From an uncultured Desulfuromusa sp. (GTDB taxonomy: Bacteria > Desulfobacterota > Desulfuromonadia > Desulfuromonadales > Geopsychrobacteraceae), in contig NZ_CAXXLH010000001.1 of the NCBI RefSeq assembly GCF_963675815.2, positions 1,167,746 through 1,191,745 of the forward strand: a DNA stretch of 24,000 nucleotides, given 5' to 3'. The notes under the pieces were generated by a model, which ran no database searches, was not told where the DNA came from, and was given only the letters and a program-made list of their open reading frames with translations. Position 1 is the first letter of the stretch; every line of letters begins with the position of its first letter. A program made the translations under genes and the position numbers. Positions 9,328 through 15,465 of this stretch are shown piece after piece.

Positions 9328-9564
9328 TTATGCCTCCTTCTTTTTCGGTTGCTTGGCTTTCGCTTCAGCAGCCTCGAGAGCTTTACCGCGCTTCAGTGCT
9401 TCGGCAGGGACTTTGCCGTCTTCATAAAACCGCAGCACTTTCTTTTTCAGCAGCTTGTCAGCCAACTTGTCGTCGGCAACGTCTTTCGGTTCGCCACGTT
9501 TGAACGTACCAGCGGCACCCATCTTGACCTTGAGAGGGCCTTCCATATAAACCAGCTTTTTCAT
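9328..9564 (-). CDS. Small Lys-rich hypothetical protein
   Basis: 78 aa. An ATGA overlap with the upstream gene indicates translational coupling. It has a very basic C-terminal tail (AEAKAKQPKKKEA). I recognise no family. Confidence 0.5.
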   Translation of the reverse strand: MKKLVYMEGPLKVKMGAAGTFKRGEPKDVADDKLADKLLKKKVLRFYEDGKVPAEALKRGKALEAAEAKAKQPKKKEA

Positions 9565-9980
9565 GAATCCTCCGTTTCTGTTTCGATCATGTATGTACAG
9601 GCGTAGGCCATTTTCCCTTTGGCGTTGTAAAAGAGATCTTCGCTATTTGGCCAGAGCCAGGCGTCGCCGACATCGAAGCCGATCAGTTTATCCCTGACGG
9701 CCTGAATCAGCTCGTAACATCCGACGGCAGCGGCGTCCATTCCGCGTAAGTTTTTATCGATAACAACAATCGTCCAGGTATCGGCATGTGCGGCGTTATT
9801 GTCACCAATGTTTTCTTTGGGGCCGAATCTGGCACCGGAGTAAACAACAAACAACCCCGGCAGCTTTGCGGCCTGTTTGATCAGATCATCGATCTCGCCG
9901 CCCCAATCGTCGATGGTTTTCGGGCCGTCAATTTCTTTGAGGCGTTTCAGGATGGTTTCGCTGGTTTCGATGATGGTCAT
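9561..9980 (-). CDS. Mu gp37-like head-tail protein (DUF1834-like)
   Basis: 139 aa. The pattern LPGLFVVYSGARF...TWTIVVIDKNLRG...CYELIQAVRDKLIGF and the position after the gp36-like gene match my recollection of Mu gp37 homologues. Confidence 0.7.
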   Translation of the reverse strand: MTIIETSETILKRLKEIDGPKTIDDWGGEIDDLIKQAAKLPGLFVVYSGARFGPKENIGDNNAAHADTWTIVVIDKNLRGMDAAAVGCYELIQAVRDKLIGFDVGDAWLWPNSEDLFYNAKGKMAYACTYMIETETEDS

Positions 9981-10411
9981 AAGAGCCCCGACATCTTGCT
10001 GCGGCCTGTGAGACGGTCATTGGCGCTAAAACTGGCACCGCTGCCGCTGGTTGTATCGCCGCTACTCGATAGTCCAAGATCAAGATCTCCGCGCTGGATC
10101 TGCTTGAGCAGGGCTAACGCATCACGGCGACCGGCAATAATAGATTCCGGAGTTTCAACATGCGGCTGACGCTGATACAGGGAGTACGCGCACAGGTCGA
10201 TGGCAATCCCGGCAATGAAACCAGGAACACTGGCCAGGGGTAGGTCGTAGCGCTGCCGCAGATACCCGTCGATCAACTCATCCGCTTCACTGATAACGCT
10301 GGCAACTACGGCAGCATCAACGCCGCCGAGATCGTTGTCGTCAGTCAACTGGATCAGGTCATCCTCGGGAATCCTGCGTTTGATAATGTCGTCCTGAGTT
10401 GTGTAAGCCAT
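9977..10411 (-). CDS. Mu gp36-like head-tail connector (DUF1320-like)
   Basis: 144 aa. The opening MAYTTQDDIIKRRIPEDDLIQLTDD...ADELIDGYLRQRYDLPL is typical of gp36/DUF1320 proteins. AAGGAG lies upstream of the ATG. Confidence 0.8.
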   Translation of the reverse strand: MAYTTQDDIIKRRIPEDDLIQLTDDNDLGGVDAAVVASVISEADELIDGYLRQRYDLPLASVPGFIAGIAIDLCAYSLYQRQPHVETPESIIAGRRDALALLKQIQRGDLDLGLSSSGDTTSGSGASFSANDRLTGRSKMSGLL

Positions 10412-10424
10412 ACCTGTTCTCCTT

Positions 10425-10456
10425 AAAAACCGGACGGGCTATACCGCCCGGTTTTT
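10425..10456 (-). terminator. Rho-independent terminator (bidirectional architecture) inside the head operon
   Basis: AAAAA-CCGGGCGG-TATAGC-CCGTCCGG-TTTTT. The stem is 8 bp including one G.U pair. It is flanked by A5 and T5 and lies between the gp35-like stop and the gp36-like SD. Confidence 0.7.
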
Positions 10457-10480
10457 GATATTTTCTTGATTGCTATCTGT

Positions 10481-10801
10481 TTATTCTCCAGCGGGGGCTT
10501 GACTAAGCTCTTCTTTGCGTTTTTCGACCGCTGTCTTGACGCCTTTGCGTTCATCGTCGTTGAATAACTCAAGCTCTTCCAGGTTGCTGGTCGCTTCGAC
10601 CTGTTTGACGGTGTCGGCCACATTCGGCCGTTGTGGTTCTTTTGGTTCGTCGGTAACAACCTCAACCGCCAGCATCGGCTCAGCCTTTAGAGCCTTCAGA
10701 TCTTTGGCACTAAACCGGTCGTCCGGATATTCGGTCGGCTCTTTGCTGTGAACTATTCCGCCCCGGCGAAAACCGTCTTTTTTTGATGTGATGACAATCA
10801 T
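10481..10801 (-). CDS. Mu gp35 / HI1506-like small head-associated protein
   Basis: 106 aa. The N-terminus MIVITSKKDGFRRGGIVHSKEPTEYPDDRFSAKDLKALKAEPMLAVEVV matches the FluMu gp35 N-terminal pattern as I recall it. The gene directly follows the major capsid gene. Confidence 0.65.
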   Translation of the reverse strand: MIVITSKKDGFRRGGIVHSKEPTEYPDDRFSAKDLKALKAEPMLAVEVVTDEPKEPQRPNVADTVKQVEATSNLEELELFNDDERKGVKTAVEKRKEELSQAPAGE

Positions 10802-10818
10802 GCGTTTATCCTCCGTTA

Positions 10819-10843
10819 AGGGGGCGAGATATCCCCGCCCCCT
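10819..10843 (-). other. GC-rich stem-loop directly after the major capsid stop codon
   Basis: AGGGGGCG / CGCCCCCT forms an 8-bp stem with a 9-nt loop. No U-tract follows, only TT before the next SD. It is more likely an mRNA 3'-end stabiliser or processing element than a terminator. Confidence 0.4.
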
Positions 10844-10856
10844 GGTTTATGGTTGA

Positions 10857-11909
10857 TTAGCCAAGCCCGGTCGAACCGTAGCAAAGCTGCCAGAAACCGT
10901 ATCCAGCACAGCCGCGGGCTTCACAGCCGAAGTTAAATTCGCCGCGCTTAAAGACATCATCACTGGCCATATCAGTCTGGCTGACAAAGACCGGAGTCTT
11001 CCGCTCTTGGAAGATAAATGGTTTGACCGGTTTGGTCGTATCAAGCAGGAACCAGGCAGTTGCAGACGTCAGGCGGGCATCCTCAACAACTTCAGCGACA
11101 CCCTTATAGGGGTTCGGTTTGCCATCTTCGAGCTTGTCATTGGTCATCAAAGCGCGGGCGGTATCGCCAAGATCAACCGGAACCAACAACACGTTCGGCG
11201 TGATATTGAGCGGCCGACCTTCGCCGTCTTTAAATTTACGCATAGCTGCGCGAACAGCACCGAAGCTGGCTGTAGCAGCCGCAAGAGTAGCGATCGACAG
11301 GACAGCGGTACTTTTATTGCTGACGCTTTCTTCTTCCCCGGTTGCAGGATTAACTACCGGATGGTCGGTATCGACAAAATACTGGCCGTCATAACATTCC
11401 GTGTCGAACGCACCATTCGCCACTTCCATAATCAGTTCGTCCGGCCATTGCTTGGCAGAGAACCCGGCACCGTTTGCCTGGACACCAACGAATCCAAGGT
11501 TGTCATCTTCGATATCGTTACGCTTGACGCTGATAGTGGCCTCAAAGTCCTCGTTGACAAGAACGTACTTACCAGCCTTGAGAGATTTGATAACCTTTTC
11601 TCCGACCCAGCGCCGCATCTTCGGGAAGTTTTCTAACCAGGCATAGTCGTTTTGAGCACTGCCACTCGGAATCTTCATCCCAATTTTTTGCCAGACACCT
11701 GGAGTGGCATCAAAGACCTTATTGAAAGTCGTTTTGATGTTGGTGAAGATATTGGAAAGTGTCGACCCGTTGACGATTAACGCCAACCCGCCACTACCGA
11801 GCAACCAGTTCCAGCTAATCGGTTCAGCCAGAGCCGGATTGGCAAAAGCGACCGAGCAGACGGTCAGCACGGCCATCATCAGGCCGAAGAGAATGAGCAT
11901 TTTTTTCAT
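10857..11909 (-). CDS. Major capsid protein, Mu gpT family, with an atypical hydrophobic N-terminal extension
   Basis: 350 aa. From about residue 44 it aligns by eye with Mu T: LIVNGSTLSNIFTNIKTTFNKVF, YAWLENFPKMRRWVGEK, FEATISVKRNDIEDDNLG and ECYDGQYFVDTDHP. ATG 11909 has GGAGGA 7 nt upstream. Confidence 0.9.
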   Translation of the reverse strand: MKKMLILFGLMMAVLTVCSVAFANPALAEPISWNWLLGSGGLALIVNGSTLSNIFTNIKTTFNKVFDATPGVWQKIGMKIPSGSAQNDYAWLENFPKMRRWVGEKVIKSLKAGKYVLVNEDFEATISVKRNDIEDDNLGFVGVQANGAGFSAKQWPDELIMEVANGAFDTECYDGQYFVDTDHPVVNPATGEEESVSNKSTAVLSIATLAAATASFGAVRAAMRKFKDGEGRPLNITPNVLLVPVDLGDTARALMTNDKLEDGKPNPYKGVAEVVEDARLTSATAWFLLDTTKPVKPFIFQERKTPVFVSQTDMASDDVFKRGEFNFGCEARGCAGYGFWQLCYGSTGLG

Positions 11910-11946
11910 TGTTTAATCCTCCGTTAAAGGGTTGTTAAATAGCGGG

Positions 11947-12459
11947 TTAAGCGTTGGCCATGATTCCGGCGGCTTTGAGCTTGGCAATCAGCGCGTTCAG
12001 ATCGGTGACAGCACCGGCGACATCGTTCGCGGTTGAGGCGGCTTGCGCTGCAACCTGCGGTATAGGCGGCATTTCGATCCAGACGCCATCACTGGCGACT
12101 TCGATGCAGACCCCAGCAATGACACCGTTGGTGCCGACGACATCGGCCACGGTTTCGTCGTCTTCGACAAAGACATAATTCCCTTGGTCAGCAATGTCGA
12201 CGGCGTTTGTCGTGGAGTTTTTCATCTTGAAAAGCTGGTTGCGCTTGACCAGACAGGTCAGGTCGCCGTTGCTGCCGGTTGAGTTATCAACGGTTTCATC
12301 AGCGACACCGGCGATCGAGACACCAGAGGCGTCGCTGGCCTCAACCAGATAACCGGAGGCATTAAACGCGACCATTTTCCCGGCCTCGATTGTGGTGGAA
12401 GCTGAGACTAATACGCCTATCAGCTTTCCATCCTTAGAGAAGGTGTTTCTTTCAGACAT
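11947..12459 (-). CDS. Putative capsid decoration/cement protein (DUF2190-like)
   Basis: 170 aa, located between the protease/scaffold and major capsid genes. The beta-rich pattern is GKMVAFNASGYLVEA...IAGVADETVDNSTGSNGDLTCLVKRNQLFKMKN...GNYVFVEDD. AAGGAGAG lies upstream of the ATG. The family call is tentative. Confidence 0.5.
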   Translation of the reverse strand: MSERNTFSKDGKLIGVLVSASTTIEAGKMVAFNASGYLVEASDASGVSIAGVADETVDNSTGSNGDLTCLVKRNQLFKMKNSTTNAVDIADQGNYVFVEDDETVADVVGTNGVIAGVCIEVASDGVWIEMPPIPQVAAQAASTANDVAGAVTDLNALIAKLKAAGIMANA

Positions 12460-12495
12460 AATGACTCTCCTTTTACAAAGGGGTTAATGGCGGGT

Positions 12496-12987
12496 TTAAG
12501 CGCCGTACTTTTTCAGATCGTCTTCGCTGTTACCAAACATGGCGGCAATCTGCTTTTGTTCGGCATTGAGGGCTTTTCCCTCTGGCAAATCTTTACCGTC
12601 CAGGTTGCTGGGATCAGCAATAACCGGAGCCGACTCGAGGAACTTCTTGAACTGGGTTAGACCGTCGTCAGTCCGGCACATGGCGGTGTAAAAGTCTTTA
12701 CTGGCCGGGGCGATTTTCCCCGCCTTGAGAGCTGCGTCGACTTCGCTATTGATTGATTCTTCAAGCTGCTCTTTTGCAGCGTCGGCCAATTTCTTTTCAG
12801 AATTGGAGGCACGCTCAAGCACCTGATCGTAATCAGCGCGAGGGACAAACTTTTGCAGATCGGGTGTGCTCTCGCGGTTCATGGCGGTTTTCAGGTCGCC
12901 CTGAAGTTTCTGGATAGCGTTCATAGCCGCTTCCTGGGTTGCGTCCTCGGACAACCCGAGGAGTTTTAGCAATGCTTTTAAATCCAT
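12496..12987 (-). CDS. Nested in-frame scaffold protein (Mu gpZ analogue) from an internal start
   Basis: The internal ATG at 12987 (MDLKALLKLLGLSEDATQEA...) is preceded by AAGGAG (12994-12999) with a 6-nt spacer. The downstream 163 aa are coiled-coil-like. Mu produces Z from within I in the same way. Confidence 0.6.
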   Translation of the reverse strand: MDLKALLKLLGLSEDATQEAAMNAIQKLQGDLKTAMNRESTPDLQKFVPRADYDQVLERASNSEKKLADAAKEQLEESINSEVDAALKAGKIAPASKDFYTAMCRTDDGLTQFKKFLESAPVIADPSNLDGKDLPEGKALNAEQKQIAAMFGNSEDDLKKYGA

Positions 12988-13539
12988 AATGTTCTCCTTT
13001 TGTTGATGGTTTAAAGCTGGGACAAACAGGTTTGGTCTATTGGTCAGCCCGACGCTGCTGATCCCGACGATCTGCATCGTGTCTTTTTCATAAAGGATGA
13101 CCGGGCTGATATAGCGGTATGATTTTTCAGATACTAACTTTTCCCCCTCCGGAGTCCAGGAATTGACAGCAGCGGTCACAGCACCGTTTTCATCCAGAGC
13201 AAAGTCACTCAACCAAGCGGCAGCTGGAGCTTGCTCTCCTGCTGGGGCTTTTATTTCTGTTGAATGTTCAAAATCAAGGACCAGATCTCTATTTGCAGCG
13301 GCAAGATAATCAATTATTTTTTGCGGATTGTCGTTTTTCCAGCAGCGCCCGTCGCGACCTTCGATGATGGCTCCTGCGGGAATCAATACGATCCGTTTCG
13401 GTAACACACCAGCTTCACCTGCCAATTCAACGTTTAGAGCTATACATTCACAGTTTTCAGGCACAGCTGAATTGAGAGCCTTTACCAGAGATTCAAGATG
13501 CTCTTTTCTATGTCCGATGATTCCAATCTTTACTTTCAT
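12496..13539 (-). CDS. Prohead protease, Mu gpI family (full-length product)
   Basis: 347 aa. The motif IVLIPAGAIIEGRDGRCWKNDNPQKIIDYL...VLDFEHST is typical of Mu-like I proteases. The C-terminal half is a helical, charged, scaffold-like region. Confidence 0.85.
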   Translation of the reverse strand: MKVKIGIIGHRKEHLESLVKALNSAVPENCECIALNVELAGEAGVLPKRIVLIPAGAIIEGRDGRCWKNDNPQKIIDYLAAANRDLVLDFEHSTEIKAPAGEQAPAAAWLSDFALDENGAVTAAVNSWTPEGEKLVSEKSYRYISPVILYEKDTMQIVGISSVGLTNRPNLFVPALNHQQKENIMDLKALLKLLGLSEDATQEAAMNAIQKLQGDLKTAMNRESTPDLQKFVPRADYDQVLERASNSEKKLADAAKEQLEESINSEVDAALKAGKIAPASKDFYTAMCRTDDGLTQFKKFLESAPVIADPSNLDGKDLPEGKALNAEQKQIAAMFGNSEDDLKKYGA

Positions 13540-13636
13540 GCTTAACCCTTTCTCAAAACCATGTTTAAACCCTTTTAAAATCGCCTGTATTTGACAAACT
13601 CTTTTTTTAGCTACCTTTGCCCGTTTGATGTTGAGA

Positions 13637-14161
13637 TCATTCCTTCAGGGCGGTTTCCAGGTGGTTGCGTAATTCTGCTAAAATCTCCTGCCGGTCTCCT
13701 GGACCGATCCCCAGAAACGGACGAGCTGGAATGGTTACTTTTTTCCCTCTCCCTGCCTTGCCTCCAAACTGATGGAGTGCTGCGTAGACCTTGCCGCTGC
13801 CAATGGCCACCGATGTGCGGGACGCGCTGTAGTGGATCGAGTTGCGCAGCTCGTGGCTGTCGGTCAGTATCTTGCGACCCGCCAGATACTTGGAAAATGC
13901 TGCTGTCAACGATCCGGACTTTGTGTGGGTGGCCTTTTTCTTGCCGATCGAATAGCCCAGGTGATAGCTGAGCACCTTGAGCGGCTTCCAGGGAGTCCCG
14001 TCCGGTTCATGCTCGCCCCGGAAATTCTCCTCGGTGCTGCGCAACAGGTGTTCGCCGATGGCTTTCATCGCCGGAGTCAGATCGCCGGTGGCTTTTAAGG
14101 CGCGGTTCAGCGCCTGTTGCACCTGATCATCTTCGATTCTGACGCTGAAACTTTCGGCCAC
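13637..14161 (-). CDS. Virion morphogenesis protein, Mu gpG family
   Basis: 174 aa with a GTG start at 14161 and GGAG 10 nt upstream. The motifs LTPAMKAIGEHLLRSTEENF, DGTPWKPL, LHQFGG and IPARPFLGI match gpG / phage virion morphogenesis family proteins. Confidence 0.85.
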   Translation of the reverse strand: MAESFSVRIEDDQVQQALNRALKATGDLTPAMKAIGEHLLRSTEENFRGEHEPDGTPWKPLKVLSYHLGYSIGKKKATHTKSGSLTAAFSKYLAGRKILTDSHELRNSIHYSASRTSVAIGSGKVYAALHQFGGKAGRGKKVTIPARPFLGIGPGDRQEILAELRNHLETALKE

Positions 14162-14189
14162 TTGATTAAATCTCCTGTTTTGCTATAAT
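14162..14189 (+). promoter_or_regulatory. Near-consensus sigma70 promoter with extended -10, on the plus strand
   Basis: TTGATT (14162-14167), a 16-nt spacer, then TGcTATAAT (14181-14189). It overlaps the SD/GTG region of gene G on the opposite strand. Confidence 0.55.
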
Positions 14190-14194
14190 GACAG

Positions 14195-14314
14195 TGCAGG
14201 CGCTGGTTGAGCCGAAGCCTCTTTAACCAGTTAGCCGAGCGACGCAGGCTGCACGGAGCCTGTAGTCTCGTTTATTCCCTCCCAAAGACCAGACGGCCTT
14301 TGCGGAGGTTTTTT
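14195..14314 (+). ncRNA. Candidate ~120-nt plus-strand small/antisense RNA (no family recognised)
   Basis: The unit is bounded by the promoter above and the terminator at 14278-14314. Internal stem-loops lie at 14203-14230 and 14245-14262, and an A/U-rich linker precedes the terminator. It has no ATG and no SD. It is antisense to the MuF 3' end and the MuF-G spacer. The 5' end is inferred from the -10 position only. Confidence 0.45.
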
Positions 14315-15465
14315 AATGCTGTTTTGCTGCCTCGGAAAAATGTCATCCCAACCCAGTAACCCCCTTGAATATCGGCCACCAAGCCAATAGACTGGGTCTT
14401 GTCCAGCTTGATCAACTTGACATAGCGTCTCCGCAAAGCCACCCGACCAGAGACTTCACTACGTGCAAAGTTGATCCAAATTTCAGCCGGGTTTTCTATC
14501 AGCTCCGGTATCAGCGGGAAAAACTCCTCGCGTTTATCAAAGCGCCCACCCTCAACCATGTGATCAACCAGAGCCTGGGTGATGCGCACTTTTTCACCGG
14601 CGGGATCCGTCAGGTTGACAGCATCTCCCCCGACGGAGTCACGTAAAGCTTGCCGTAGGGCTGCTTCGTCACCAACGGGGACGGGTCTGATCCGTTCCGC
14701 TTGTGCGGCATCGATCGGCACAGCACCCCGACCATATTTCTCCGGCCCCCAGGGAATCAGATCTGTCCACGGGCCTTGATCTTCCATCAACCGTAATTGG
14801 TGGCTCCGTCCCCAGGCGGCCTGGCCAACGTTGTAATCCCACCCTTTGTCAATTCCCACAGGTGCGCCGGTTTTGGAATCGATCTCAATAGCTGGCGCTT
14901 TGTCCGGCCCGGTCTTGCCCATGCGTTCCAGATCCCGCTCACTCACTGAGAACACTTTGCACTTGCAGCCCCAGCCGTTCGGGGTGTAGTGGGTCTGCCA
15001 CCAGGGATCGTCAGCGGGGAGAATCGTTCCATCCCACGCCAGATGAGGCAAGCGCGGATGCAGACTGTCGCCGTGGCGGTATTCCAGGTACGGTCTCAAT
15101 TTCAACAGCTCGGGATCGGTCAGTTGCTTCCAGCGACCGGCCATGTAAGCGGTGCGGATGTTGGTGCTGTAAATGACGTTGCTGCGCCAATTGCGGCCAC
15201 CGTTGTAGCTCCAGCCGTGTTTAGCGACGATAATGTCGAAGTCTTTGCGGAACGTTTCCAGCGTGGTGCCTTCGCTGATCGCTTTATCAACCGCAGATCG
15301 AAAGTCGGTCAGAAGATCGTCGCGCATGGCCCCGGCAACCATGAACCCCCGTGCGTGCTGGTCTTTCCAGAGGTCGGCCCATGTCGATGTGGGGACATTA
15401 ACCTTGCCCCGAAAAAACTCGACCGCCTCGGTAAAAGGCTGTTTAAATGCCAGTTCAGCCGCCAT
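14272..15465 (-). CDS. Head morphogenesis protein, MuF / gp30 (SPP1 gp7) family, with a C-terminal extension domain
   Basis: 397 aa. MuF core motifs: NIRTAYMAGRWKQL, YLEYRHGDSLHPRLPHLAWDGTILPADDPWWQTHYTPNGWGCKCKV. Residues from about 216 to 397 form an additional domain (see findings). Confidence 0.9.
   Translation of the reverse strand: MAAELAFKQPFTEAVEFFRGKVNVPTSTWADLWKDQHARGFMVAGAMRDDLLTDFRSAVDKAISEGTTLETFRKDFDIIVAKHGWSYNGGRNWRSNVIYSTNIRTAYMAGRWKQLTDPELLKLRPYLEYRHGDSLHPRLPHLAWDGTILPADDPWWQTHYTPNGWGCKCKVFSVSERDLERMGKTGPDKAPAIEIDSKTGAPVGIDKGWDYNVGQAAWGRSHQLRLMEDQGPWTDLIPWGPEKYGRGAVPIDAAQAERIRPVPVGDEAALRQALRDSVGGDAVNLTDPAGEKVRITQALVDHMVEGGRFDKREEFFPLIPELIENPAEIWINFARSEVSGRVALRRRYVKLIKLDKTQSIGLVADIQGGYWVGMTFFRGSKTALKNLRKGRLVFGRE
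14278..14314 (+). terminator. Rho-independent terminator on the plus strand (embedded antisense in the MuF 3' coding end)
   Basis: CCTCC-CAAAG-a-CC (AGAC loop) GG-c-CTTTG-c-GGAGG gives 12 bp with one bulge and one mismatch (14278-14308). TTTTTT follows at 14309-14314. On the minus strand the same hairpin has no following T-tract. Confidence 0.6.

Noticed and set aside
10423-10665. An 80-aa minus-strand ORF overlapping the gp35-like gene and the terminator.
   Set aside because: It is out of frame with the gp35-like ORF, which has the recognisable FluMu-type N-terminus. It also spans the intrinsic terminator and has no SD.
13591-13596. A perfect TTGACA on the plus strand (and TTGTCA on the minus strand) in the G-I spacer, as possible promoter -35 elements.
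   Set aside because: No acceptable -10 hexamer lies 16-18 nt downstream on either strand. A Mor/C-dependent late promoter analogous to Mu P_I may exist here, but I cannot define it from the sequence alone.
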